DNA from: Deltaproteobacteria bacterium
GTDB lineage: Bacteria; Myxococcota_A; UBA9160; SMWR01
Direction: 5' to 3'
Length of the DNA stretch: 32,734 nt
Assembly (NCBI GenBank): GCA_019313605.1
Contig: JAFDAW010000006.1
Location: forward strand, 1 to 32,734
Program-made: the position numbers and the translations under genes
In this document: piece after piece, positions 8,068 through 16,910 of the stretch
Numbering within the stretch: position 1 is the stretch's first letter
Layout of the letters: each line of letters starts with the position of its first letter
Notes under the pieces: model-generated
Database searches by the model: none
The model's input: the letters and a program-made list of their open reading frames with translations, nothing else
Told to the model about the DNA's origin: nothing

Positions 8068-9320
8068 TCTCGGAGTTGACCATCTCCGCGCAAGACAAAC
8101 TTCAGCGTTGTCAATCCCTCGAGTCCCATCGGCCCATAGGCGTGGATCTTCGAGGTCGAGATGCCGATTTCTGCGCCGAGCCCCAACCGAAAACCATCTG
8201 CAAAAGCCGTCGAGCAGTTGACGCCAACCGTCGATGAACCGACTCGGCGCAGGAATTCCTGCGAGCTGCCGTAATCGCGGGTGACGATCACTTCCGTGTG
8301 ATTCGATCCATAGCGTCGAATGTGTTCGATTGCAGCGTCGATGTCGTCGACGACACGCACCGCGAGGATCGGCGCCAGGTATTCCTCCGCCCAGTCACTG
8401 TCGCTCGCGGGAACGGCATCGCTGAAGATCTCACAAGTCTTTGCGCAGCCGCGAAGCTCGACACCCAGCTCGTGCAGGGATTTGAGGATGCGTGGCATTG
8501 CGGTCGCCGCCGCATCGCGGTGGACCAGCAGGGTTTCGAGGCCGTTGCACACTTCCATCTGCGAAATTTTCGAGTCGACTGCAACTCGAGTCGCCATCTC
8601 CGGATCCGCGCTGGCATCGACGAAGATGTGACACACGCCCGCGTCGTGGCTGACGACGGGAATGCGCGACTTTTCGGTCACCAGGCGAATCAACTCGGGT
8701 CCGCCGCGCGGAATGATGAGGTCGATGTATTGATCGAGGCCGAGCATCGTGTCGATCGCCGCGCGATCCGTCACGGGGATCACCGCAACTGCATCTTCGG
8801 GTACGCCGGTTTCAGCCGCCGCCGCACGCAGCTCGACGGCCAGCGCTCGATTCGCTTCGATCGCCTCGGAGCCGCCGCGCAGGATCACCGCGTTACCCGC
8901 TTTGACGCAGAGAGCCGCTGCATCGACGGTTACGTTAGGGCGGCTTTCGTAGATGATTCCGATCACTCCGAGGGGGATCCGCATGCGGCCGACCTGCAGT
9001 CCATTCGGCCGAACGACGGTCGATTCCACCTTCCCGACGGGGTCGGGTAGGGCCGCAACGTCGCGCAGTCCCGCGATCATGTCGCGCCATTTGCCCTCGG
9101 CGAGTTCGAGCCGCTTGAGCATCGGGCCCGAGATCCCGGAGCCCGCAGCGCGCTCGAGATCGACGGCGTTGGCGGCGAGGATCTCGGCTTTTGCGTCTTC
9201 CAGGCGCTCCGCGCAGCGCATCAGCCAGGCGTTCTTCTCGCGAGTCGATAGTTCCGCGACCCGCTCCGAAGCGCTGCGCGCTCTGCGCGCGAGATCGATT
9301 ACCTGTTCTTCCAGGCTCAT
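8064..9320 (-). CDS. proA: Gamma-glutamyl phosphate reductase
   Basis: PLGVIGIIYESRPNVT, LRGGSEA, IIPRGG, catalytic VCNGLETLLVH, GLGAEIGIST.K.HA.GPMGL. ATG 9320 follows GAGGA. Confidence 0.97.
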   Translation of the reverse strand: MSLEEQVIDLARRARSASERVAELSTREKNAWLMRCAERLEDAKAEILAANAVDLERAAGSGISGPMLKRLELAEGKWRDMIAGLRDVAALPDPVGKVESTVVRPNGLQVGRMRIPLGVIGIIYESRPNVTVDAAALCVKAGNAVILRGGSEAIEANRALAVELRAAAAETGVPEDAVAVIPVTDRAAIDTMLGLDQYIDLIIPRGGPELIRLVTEKSRIPVVSHDAGVCHIFVDASADPEMATRVAVDSKISQMEVCNGLETLLVHRDAAATAMPRILKSLHELGVELRGCAKTCEIFSDAVPASDSDWAEEYLAPILAVRVVDDIDAAIEHIRRYGSNHTEVIVTRDYGSSQEFLRRVGSSTVGVNCSTAFADGFRLGLGAEIGISTSKIHAYGPMGLEGLTTLKFVLRGDGQLRE

Positions 9321-9342
9321 GTGCTGCGTCCTCGAGAAGGAG

Positions 9343-10497
9343 TTACTCGGAGGGATCCTCGAGCAGGACGAGATCATCGCGATGGATGACTTCGTCGCCA
9401 TTCGAGTATCCTAGCATTTGCGCGATCTCCCGCGTGGAGCGCCCTGCGATCCGCTCCACGGCGTCGGACGCATAGGCGGCCAGGCCGCGAGCCACGGCGC
9501 GCCCGTTCGAATCGACGCACGCAACCGGATCTCCGACCCGAAATTTTCCGTGCACTTCGACGATGCCCGCGGGCAGCAGGCTCTTGCCGCCGTGCTCGAT
9601 GGCCTGCACGGCGCCGTCGTCGAGTACCAATTCTCCGTGGGTCCGGGTGGTAAATGCCAGCCAATGCTTACGACTCGCGAGTCGGTTGCCGGTTGTGAAG
9701 ATCGTTCCCACCGCTTCGCCAGCCGCGACTTGCAGCAGCACGTCGCGCCTGCGGCCGTTGCAGAGAACCGTCGTAGAACCGCAGCGGGCGGCAGCCTGAG
9801 CGGCTTCGAGCTTGGTCGTCATTCCGCCGCGCCCGAACGCACTCGTTGACCCCCCCGCAGCTCTTTCGATTTCGGGTGTCACGCGGTCGACGACGTCGAA
9901 GAGCTTCGGCTTCGCACCGTCACCGGGGGGGCTCTGGTAGAGACCCTCGACGTCGGTGAGGATGATGAGCAAGTCGGCACCGATCAGGTTGGCGACCGTC
10001 GCCGAGAGATTGTCGTTGTCGCCGAAGCGAATCTCCTCCGTCGCCACCGTGTCGTTTTCGTTGACGATCGGCACGAGCACGACGCCGATCCGCAACAGCT
10101 CGAGCAGCGTGTGACGCGCATTGATGAAGCGCTCGTGATCTGCGAGCCCGCTACGGGTGACGAGAATCTGCGCGACCCCGCGTCCGCGACGAACGAAACG
10201 CCGACGATAGTGTTCGATGAGTCCGATCTGACCGACGGCTGCCGCCGCTTGCTTCTCGCGAATCGAGCGGCCGCCATCGCTCCAGCCGAGCTCCCGCGCG
10301 CCGATCGCGATGGCACCCGATGAAACGATCACAACCTCCCGCTCGGCGTCGAAGAGTTCGGCGACCTGACGGGAAATGTCGCCGAAGACCCGCGACTGCA
10401 GTTCTCCATCCCGGGTGAGAACACTGCTCCCGATTTTGACGACGATCCGACGCGCCTCGGCGGCGGCAGGCCTGGCACTCGACTGGACTCCGCTCAA
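9343..10497 (-). CDS. proB: Glutamate 5-kinase with PUA domain
   Basis: VVKIGSS, VSSGAI, QAAAAVGQ, PIVNENDTV, FGDNDNLSA, GGMTTKL, KSLLPAGI, VIHRDDL. Confidence 0.96.
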   Translation of the reverse strand: MSGVQSSARPAAAEARRIVVKIGSSVLTRDGELQSRVFGDISRQVAELFDAEREVVIVSSGAIAIGARELGWSDGGRSIREKQAAAAVGQIGLIEHYRRRFVRRGRGVAQILVTRSGLADHERFINARHTLLELLRIGVVLVPIVNENDTVATEEIRFGDNDNLSATVANLIGADLLIILTDVEGLYQSPPGDGAKPKLFDVVDRVTPEIERAAGGSTSAFGRGGMTTKLEAAQAAARCGSTTVLCNGRRRDVLLQVAAGEAVGTIFTTGNRLASRKHWLAFTTRTHGELVLDDGAVQAIEHGGKSLLPAGIVEVHGKFRVGDPVACVDSNGRAVARGLAAYASDAVERIAGRSTREIAQMLGYSNGDEVIHRDDLVLLEDPSE

Positions 10498-11558
10498 GAC
10501 TCGCCCTCCGCCACCTTTGCCGCTTCGTCCGCAAGGGCCTGATCCAGAGTGTGGACCATCGCGCCCAGCAGGGCTTCCACCCCGGATCCTGTTGCGGCCG
10601 AAAGCCGCAGCACGCGTAGACCTCGTCGCGAGAGCTCTGCTTCAGCGGCGTCGAGGTCGCTGGGATCCTGGATCAGATCAATCTTGCTCAGCACCACCAA
10701 CTCCCGGCGTTCGAGGAGATCGGAACGGTAGGAACCGAGTTCCCGCCGGATCGTTTCGTAGCGCTTCACGAGGTCTGCGGACTCGAGAGCGATGCTGCTC
10801 GCATCCAGAAGATGCACGATCACGCGGGTTCTTTCGATATGGCGCAGGAAGCGGTGACCCAGCCCCACCCCCTCGCTCGCGCCCTCGATCAGTCCCGGGA
10901 TGTCGGCTGCGACGATGCGTCGGTCTCCGATCTCGACGACGCCGAGCGAAGGTGTGAGCGTCGTGAACGGATACGAGGCGACGCGCGGCCGAGCCTGCGA
11001 AATGCGAGAGATCAGCGTGGACTTGCCCGCGTTCGGGAAACCCACCAGGCCGATATCCGCGAGCAACTTCAGCGAGAGGCGCAGGTTGCGAGACTTGCCG
11101 GGTTGCCCCGGCTCTGCGTAGTCTGGCGTCTGCCGCGTCGAGGTCCTGAAGCGGGCGTTGCCCCGCCCGCCGCGCCCAGCGCGGGCGACCAGGACACTCG
11201 CTCCATCTTCGGACAGATCGGCGACGATTTCGTTTGCAGCTTCGGGATCGAGGTCGTAGATGATCGTTCCGATCGGGACGCGAATTTCTGTATCGCGCCC
11301 GCTTCGCCCCGTTCGATTCGAAACGTCGCCCTTCTGGCCGGACTCCGCGCTGACCTTGCGGCGCAAGCGCTGGTCGTAGAGCGTCGAGAGATTGCGATCG
11401 GCCGTGATCACGACGTTGCCACCGCGCCCGCCGTCGCCGCCGTTGGGACCGCCGCGCGGTACGAACTTCTCGCGCCGCATGCTTACGCGACCGTCACCAC
11501 CGTCGCCGGCGCGAACGGAAATCGTCGCTTCGTCGATGAACGATTCTTCGGGATTCAT
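10494..11558 (-). CDS. obgE: GTPase ObgE/CgtA
   Basis: Gly-rich Obg domain (RREKFVPRGGPNGGDGG), GFPNAGKS, YPFTT, DIPG, GLGHRFLRHIER. Confidence 0.97.
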   Translation of the reverse strand: MNPEESFIDEATISVRAGDGGDGRVSMRREKFVPRGGPNGGDGGRGGNVVITADRNLSTLYDQRLRRKVSAESGQKGDVSNRTGRSGRDTEIRVPIGTIIYDLDPEAANEIVADLSEDGASVLVARAGRGGRGNARFRTSTRQTPDYAEPGQPGKSRNLRLSLKLLADIGLVGFPNAGKSTLISRISQARPRVASYPFTTLTPSLGVVEIGDRRIVAADIPGLIEGASEGVGLGHRFLRHIERTRVIVHLLDASSIALESADLVKRYETIRRELGSYRSDLLERRELVVLSKIDLIQDPSDLDAAEAELSRRGLRVLRLSAATGSGVEALLGAMVHTLDQALADEAAKVAEGES

Positions 11559-11608
11559 GGATGTGCGACCGCACGCCGCCGATTCAGCGCCGCAGGTGAG
11601 TGAGCGCG

Positions 11609-11863
11609 CTAGTTGTTCGCTTCGACCTGCGCGACGACGCGCCCGCGCGACTTGCCATAATCGACCACGCCGTCGCAGAGTGCGAAGAGCGTGTAATCGC
11701 GACCCAGGCCCACGTTGCGTCCCGGATGAATTTTCGTACCGAGCTGACGAACGAGAATCGATCCCGCCGTCACAGTCTGGCCCGCGAACACCTTGACTCC
11801 GCGCCGCTGCCCTTGACTGTCGCGACCGTTGCGCGAACTGCCTTGTCCTTTTTTATGCGCCAT
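11609..11863 (-). CDS. rpmA: 50S ribosomal protein L27
   Basis: [34 protein letters not shown]. Confidence 0.98.
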   Translation of the reverse strand: MAHKKGQGSSRNGRDSQGQRRGVKVFAGQTVTAGSILVRQLGTKIHPGRNVGLGRDYTLFALCDGVVDYGKSRGRVVAQVEANN

Positions 11864-11866
11864 CGA

Positions 11867-12178
11867 TCAGGCCTCGATCTTATCCACTCGAATTTCAGTG
11901 TACGACTGACGGTGTCCCGCTTTTCGGCGATAACCCTTGCGCCGCTTCATCTTGAAGATCGTGATCTTCGGCCCGCGACCCTGGGCGGTAATGGTTCCCA
12001 CCACCTTTGCACCAGCGACCAGCGGTGTTCCGATCTTCGCGCCGTCATCGGCGCCGACCAGTAGAACCTCGGCGAGTTCGACGTGATCGCCAACGGATCC
12101 TTCGAGCTTCTCGACGCGGACGGCTACCCCGGGCTCTACCCGAAGCTGCTTCCCTCCCGTCCGAACGACGGCGTACAT
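11867..12178 (-). CDS. rplU: 50S ribosomal protein L21
   Basis: MYAVVRTGGKQ, FKMKRRKGY, GHRQ.YT. Confidence 0.98.
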   Translation of the reverse strand: MYAVVRTGGKQLRVEPGVAVRVEKLEGSVGDHVELAEVLLVGADDGAKIGTPLVAGAKVVGTITAQGRGPKITIFKMKRRKGYRRKAGHRQSYTEIRVDKIEA

Positions 12179-14364
12179 TATGGCTCCTCCACTTTCGCGG
12201 GAGGTGGCAGTATCGGGGTTTCCGGTTCTAAGTCAAGCATCTCGGTGGCCGGAGCGGGGGTTGAGAAGCTTTTTTCGCCTTCGCTCCCGCCCGCCGCAAA
12301 GGCTGGCTCGGCGGTCGAGTCGTCTTCCGGGGCCGCCGCAGCCTCCGAGGTGGCTTCGGCCGGAGCGGCCTGCTCTGAGGGCTTGGCGGTTCGGCGGGGC
12401 TTGCGCGGGGCCCGTTTTGGGGCCGATGCGGCTCGGCTGGCCTTCGCCGGGGCCGGTTTAGGCGCAGCGGCCGGTTCGGCCACCTGCTCTTCGGCGTCCA
12501 CCGGCTCGGTGGCCGGCTCGGCCGTCTGCTCTTCGGTGCCCTCCGGCTCGGTGGCCGGCTCGGCCGTCTGCTCTTCGGCGTCCGCCTGCTCGGCGACCGG
12601 TTCGGACTTCTCTTCCTCCGCGGCGCTCGACTCGCTCTTCTCGGTTTCGGCGGCCTCCAGCGGAGCTTCCGATTCGGGCGGGGTTTGTGTCGTTTCCGGC
12701 AGCTCCTCTTCCGCGTTCGCGGGCCCTGAGGGGTCCACTATCGCCGCGCTCGATGTTTCGTCGATTTGGATCGGCAAATCGGCGCCGGCTGTCTTCTCGT
12801 CACTGGCCTCGGCCGGAAAGCCGAGCCACTGAAGCGGGATGGATACGGGAGGGCCACTGTCCAGAGCGGTCACTTCGAACTGCTCCTGGTGGAGCCCCGG
12901 TTGGCCGCGGACTTCGATTTCGTAGCCGAGTTCCTGGCCGAGTTCCGTGCAGGCCTTGTGGGCGCGGACGAGCATAACTTCCGCGACGCGCGGATTTACG
13001 CTGATGGCAATCTTCCGACCGCAGAAGCGCGGCAGGTCCTTGCGAATTTCGCGCAGAATCTTGTAGGCCATGCTCTCGCTCGAGAGCACGTAGCCGCGTC
13101 CCTCGCAGTTCGGGCAGGGTTCGCAGAGTTGCTGGACGAGATTTTCCCGGGTTCGCTTTCGCGTCATCTCGACGAGGCCGAGTTCCGAGATCTTGAGGAT
13201 GTTCGTTCTCGCCTTGTCCTGCTTCAAAGCTTCCTGGAGTGCGCTGTAAACCTTGTTGCGATTTTCCGCGCTCTCCATATCGATCAGGTCGATGATGATG
13301 ATGCCGCCGATATTTCGGAAGCGCAGTTGATGCACGACCTCTTTGACCGCTTCGAGGTTCGTCCGAAGAACCGTGTCCTCGAGGTCGCGCTTGCCGACGA
13401 AGCGCCCGGTGTTGACGTCGATCGCCGTGAGCGCCTCGCTCTGGTCGATCACCAGATGCCCGCCGGATTTCAGGAAGATCTTCTTGCCCAGGTTGGCGTC
13501 GATCGACGACTCGATATTGAAGTGATCGAAGATCGGAAGCGCGCCCCGGTAGTGCTCGAGCCGCGGCTTCGGGTCTGCGACGAAGCGCGTCAGGAAATCA
13601 TCCATCTCTTCGTAGACGCGACGGTCGTCGATCACGATGCGCTTGGTCTTGTTGTTCACGAAGTCGCGAATCACCCGAAGCGGCAGGGAGAGTTCCGAGT
13701 AGAGGTCGCACGGAGAACTCGCGCCTTCCCGTTTGCTCTGGATGTCGCTCCAAACCGTCGTCAGGTAACGGATGTCGGCTTGCAGATCCGCTTCGGTCGC
13801 ATTGTCGCCGGCCGTTCGGATGATGAAGCCGAGACCTTCCGGACGGGCTTTGGAAACGATCTCTCGGAGCCGGCGCCGCTCGCGATCGGATTCGATGCGA
13901 CGGGAGACACCCACCCGCGGCGAAAGCGGCGTGACCACCAGGTGGCGGCCCGCAATCGAAATGTGGGAGGTGATCCGAGCGCCCTTGCTGCCGATCGGCT
14001 CCTTGGCGACCTGGACGACGATCTCCTGGCCCTCGCGGAGCATGGTGTCGATGCTCGGCGGCTGTTGTCGGCTGCCGTTGCGCGAGCGACCTCTGCCGCG
14101 CTCCGGGGCATCGCCGTCGCCGTTGCCCTTCCTCAAGTTGTCGTAGTAATCGCCGGCGTAGAGAAACGCCGCCTTCTCGAGGCCGATGTCCACGAAGGCG
14201 GCTTGCATTCCGGGCAGTACCCGGGTCACGCGCCCCTTGACGACGGTGCCGGCGACGTTCTGCTCGCCCGCTCTCTCGATGTGGAGTTCCGTAAATTGGT
14301 TGCGTTCGATGATCCCCACTCGGGTTTCCCCGACCGAGGCGTTGATCACGATCTCGTTCGTCAT
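12178..14364 (-). CDS. Rne/Rng family endoribonuclease (RNase E/G) with acidic low-complexity C-terminal tail
   Basis: S1 domain (KGRVTRVLPGMQAAFVDIG), QVAKEPIGSKGARIT, catalytic AIDVNTG and IIIDLID, LVEMTRKR, Zn-link CPNCEGRG; about 200-aa E/A/P-rich tail. Confidence 0.95.
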   Translation of the reverse strand: MTNEIVINASVGETRVGIIERNQFTELHIERAGEQNVAGTVVKGRVTRVLPGMQAAFVDIGLEKAAFLYAGDYYDNLRKGNGDGDAPERGRGRSRNGSRQQPPSIDTMLREGQEIVVQVAKEPIGSKGARITSHISIAGRHLVVTPLSPRVGVSRRIESDRERRRLREIVSKARPEGLGFIIRTAGDNATEADLQADIRYLTTVWSDIQSKREGASSPCDLYSELSLPLRVIRDFVNNKTKRIVIDDRRVYEEMDDFLTRFVADPKPRLEHYRGALPIFDHFNIESSIDANLGKKIFLKSGGHLVIDQSEALTAIDVNTGRFVGKRDLEDTVLRTNLEAVKEVVHQLRFRNIGGIIIIDLIDMESAENRNKVYSALQEALKQDKARTNILKISELGLVEMTRKRTRENLVQQLCEPCPNCEGRGYVLSSESMAYKILREIRKDLPRFCGRKIAISVNPRVAEVMLVRAHKACTELGQELGYEIEVRGQPGLHQEQFEVTALDSGPPVSIPLQWLGFPAEASDEKTAGADLPIQIDETSSAAIVDPSGPANAEEELPETTQTPPESEAPLEAAETEKSESSAAEEEKSEPVAEQADAEEQTAEPATEPEGTEEQTAEPATEPVDAEEQVAEPAAAPKPAPAKASRAASAPKRAPRKPRRTAKPSEQAAPAEATSEAAAAPEDDSTAEPAFAAGGSEGEKSFSTPAPATEMLDLEPETPILPPPAKVEEP
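12209..12236 (-). promoter_or_regulatory. Putative internal sigma70-type promoter for rplU-rpmA inside the rne/rng 3' end
   Basis: Minus strand TTGACT, 16-nt spacer, GATACT, about 30 nt upstream of the rplU ATG, followed by GGAGGAG. Confidence 0.45.
12471..12584 (-). repeat. 42-bp in-frame tandem repeat (about 2.7 copies) encoding EEQTAEPATEP-type 14-aa units
   Basis: ccggctcggtggccggctcggccgtctgctcttcgg at 12501 and 12543, plus a degenerate partial copy at 12471. Confidence 0.9.
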
Positions 14365-14819
14365 TTCACAAATTCCCGCGAAGGGTGCGCGATCCGGCGA
14401 GGGGAGCCGGGCACGCTGCGCCCTTCGGCTCTGGCGAGCCGGAACTGGGACTTTTTGCCTATCAAAAGGGCCCGCGCAGCTGCGCGCGGACCTCTGGCGG
14501 GGCTAAGCGGTACTCGGGACCCGGTCGGGTCCGAGCAGGGCGGGAACAGGCTCTAAGTTCCCCAATTCGCAAACAAAATTGTTTTCTCGCACAGTAATTC
14601 CCAAAAACGGTGTGGACATGCGATTGGGTTTCCGAGCCCCGGCAGCGCCCCGCCGCCCGTCCAGCTCACCCCAGTCGCCCGCGGAGTCATTTGAGGAGCT
14701 GCAGAAATCAGGCTCCACCCATCCACGGGACGGGTGGCCAGTTTTCAGCAACAATGTCGTGCAACTCCTAAAACGCGATCCCCGCAGGACCGCACCAAGC
14801 AAATTCAACTAGGAGAGTC

Positions 14820-16244
14820 ATGTATCGGAGCCCCGAGGTCAAGCCTGATCCCCGCAGGGCATTGCCAGCTGTCGATCGGTTGGCCGACGCGGTGGCCGCG
14901 AAGTGTCCCAATTTGCCTGCCTGGGCGGTCCTCGAGGCTGTTCGGCGCGCCCTCGCGGAGGCGCGGGAGCGCCTGGCGGAACCCGCGCCGGAATCCACTG
15001 AAGGCAACCCGCTGCCGGAGGATCTGGTCGACCGGTCCGCTGAGCTGGCTGCAGCCTTGTGCGGCGGCCAGCCGTCCCGAGTCGTCAACGCCACGGGAAT
15101 CCCGCTCCACACCAATCTGGGCCGAGCGCCCTTGGCGCCCGGTGCCGTCCAGGCGATCGAGCGAACCGCCGCGAGTTACTCGGACCTCGAGCTCGATCTC
15201 GAAACCGGCCGGCGCGGCGACAGGCTCGCGGGGGTGTGTTCGAAACTCGCGCTCCTCACCGAAGCTCCGGCCGCGCTCGCGGTCAACAACAATGCTGCGG
15301 CCGTCTTGTTGGCGCTCGACACCCTCGCGAGGGATCGGGAAGTCGTCGTCTCGCGGGGCGAGCTGGTCGAAATTGGCGGCTCGTTTCGGATTCCGGACAT
15401 CATCGAGCGCGCGGGGGTGGATCTCGTCGAGGTCGGCACCACCAACCGCACTCATCCGAGCGACTACGAGCGAGCCATCCGCGAGCGCACCGGGCTGTTG
15501 TTGAAGATCCATCGCAGCAATTTCGAGCTGAGCGGTTTCGTGGCCGAGACGTCGCTTGGGCAGCTCGCGGAGATCGGGCGCGCGGCGGGTATTCCCGTCG
15601 TCGAAGACCTCGGCAGCGGGACCCTCGTCGACCTCAGCGCTCACGGTTTTCCCGTCGAGGTCTACGCGCCCGCGCGCCTGAAACTGGGCGCGGACGTGGT
15701 GTGCTTCTCCGGTGACAAATTGCTGGGCGGACCCCAGGCGGGCCTGATTCTGGGTTCGCGGGAGATCGTCGATGCCATGCTGTGCAACCCATTGGCCCGC
15801 GCGCTGCGTCTGGACAAGTTGAGCCTCGCGGCGCTGGATTGGACCCTCGAGTGCTATCTGGAGGGCCGCGCCGAGCGGGAACTTCCGGTGTTGCGCCAGC
15901 TGCTCGAACCCCTGGAGCGATTGGAGCTGCGCGCTCGCGCGTTGGCGGCAAGTCTCGACAAGCTGTGGGGCGACACCGCGCGCATCCACGCCGAGCCGGA
16001 TCGAGCCTTCGTGGGGGGCGGCTCGATGCCCGGCTTCGAACTCGACAGCTGGGTCGTCGTGCTGCGGGCGTCTGCGAGCGCGGAGAAAATTTCGAAGCGT
16101 CTGCGTGCCGCTCCGATCCCGGTGGTTGCGCGCCTTCGGGACGACGCGCTGATATTCGACGTTCGGACCCTGCTGGAGGGTGATGAGGACGCCGTCGAGC
16201 AGGCGGTCGGTCTCGCGCTCGAGGAGATCAGTCGCGTTGAATGA
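14820..16244 (+). CDS. selA: L-seryl-tRNA(Sec) selenium transferase
   Basis: VVNATG..LHTNLGRAPL, VNNNAAAV, SRGELVEIGGSFRIPD, EVGTTNRTH, EDLGSG, PLP-Lys FSGDKLLGGPQAG, VGGGS.P; AGGAG RBS. Confidence 0.96.
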   Translation: MYRSPEVKPDPRRALPAVDRLADAVAAKCPNLPAWAVLEAVRRALAEARERLAEPAPESTEGNPLPEDLVDRSAELAAALCGGQPSRVVNATGIPLHTNLGRAPLAPGAVQAIERTAASYSDLELDLETGRRGDRLAGVCSKLALLTEAPAALAVNNNAAAVLLALDTLARDREVVVSRGELVEIGGSFRIPDIIERAGVDLVEVGTTNRTHPSDYERAIRERTGLLLKIHRSNFELSGFVAETSLGQLAEIGRAAGIPVVEDLGSGTLVDLSAHGFPVEVYAPARLKLGADVVCFSGDKLLGGPQAGLILGSREIVDAMLCNPLARALRLDKLSLAALDWTLECYLEGRAERELPVLRQLLEPLERLELRARALAASLDKLWGDTARIHAEPDRAFVGGGSMPGFELDSWVVVLRASASAEKISKRLRAAPIPVVARLRDDALIFDVRTLLEGDEDAVEQAVGLALEEISRVE

Positions 16245-16265
16245 AGGCTGCCGGTCTCGTACGAT
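16237..16265 (+). promoter_or_regulatory. Putative sigma70-type promoter of the HNH-ATPase-J/HTH unit, overlapping the selA stop
   Basis: TTGAAT (16237-16242), 17-nt spacer, TACGAT (16260-16265). Confidence 0.55.
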
Positions 16266-16279
16266 AAGCCGCTGAAATC

Positions 16280-16876
16280 GTGTTGAATGCGACCGTCCTA
16301 GTCCTGAATCGCTCCTACCTGCCGATTCACGTCACATCGGCCCGGCGGGCGTTTGCGCTCGTCTACCGGGACCTCGCGCGGGTCGTGAACGAGGAGTACG
16401 AGACTTTCGACTTCGAGACCTGGCGGCGGCTGCGGGGCACCGAACAAAGCGCGGTGATCGGCACGCCGAGCGGTTCGATCTGCGTGCCGAGAGTGATCCT
16501 GCTACCGAGTTTCGACCGTGTACCCAAGCGTCACGTGCGTTACAGCCGCGTCAATGTCTTTGCCCGCGATAAGTTCACCTGTCAGTATTGCGGCGAGCGA
16601 CCCCACCGTTCCGAACTCAACCTCGACCACGTGATCCCGCGCGCGCTCGGGGGGCGTACGACCTGGGAAAACGTCGTGTGCAGCTGCGTCGAATGCAACC
16701 GGCGCAAGGGGGGGCGAACTCCCCAGCAGGCGCGATTGCGCCTCAAGCGAATCCCGGCCAAGCCCCGCTGGTCGCCACTGATGAACCACATTGGTTCCAG
16801 TGTTCGATACAATGAGTGGCGACCCTTCTTGAGCATTGTCGAGCGAAGTGGTCGATCCGCTGGATGCTCCGACTAA
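16280..16876 (+). CDS. HNH endonuclease family protein (McrA-like, Zn-binding)
   Basis: N-terminal VLVLNRSYLP, VPRVI, RD.FTCQYCG, LNLDHVIPR..GG.TTWENVV.SC..CN.RKG.RTP. Confidence 0.92.
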   Translation: MLNATVLVLNRSYLPIHVTSARRAFALVYRDLARVVNEEYETFDFETWRRLRGTEQSAVIGTPSGSICVPRVILLPSFDRVPKRHVRYSRVNVFARDKFTCQYCGERPHRSELNLDHVIPRALGGRTTWENVVCSCVECNRRKGGRTPQQARLRLKRIPAKPRWSPLMNHIGSSVRYNEWRPFLSIVERSGRSAGCSD

Positions 16877-16910
16877 AACCGCGCGTTGCGCGTACACGAG
16901 TGAGACCAGA

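Noticed and set aside
10670-10700. ObgE G4 motif SKID instead of NKxD
   Set aside because: S/T variants occur among Obg proteins and all other G motifs are intact
12471-12584. Direct repeats as a CRISPR array
   Set aside because: In-frame tandem coding repeats without unique spacers, and no cas genes
12766-14556. 596-aa plus-strand ORF and other long antisense ORFs (e.g. 14805-15989, 18575-19831, 23984-25159, 25483-26562)
   Set aside because: They are shadows of well-conserved genes on the opposite strand, expected in high-GC DNA, and show no recognisable motifs
14735-14750. TGGCCAGTTTTCAGCA as a sigma54 promoter for selA
   Set aside because: GG-N10-GC spacing fits, but it lacks the TGGCAC and TTGC consensus and is likely chance
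14365-14819. Possible tRNA-Sec (selC) or RNase P RNA upstream of selA
   Set aside because: No TCA-anticodon cloverleaf or GTTCGA T-loop, and no GAGGAAAGTCC RNase P signature, on either strand
16280-16876. HNH gene as a mobile homing endonuclease or defence island
   Set aside because: No intron, intein, transposase, integrase, methylase or composition shift; flanked by housekeeping genes
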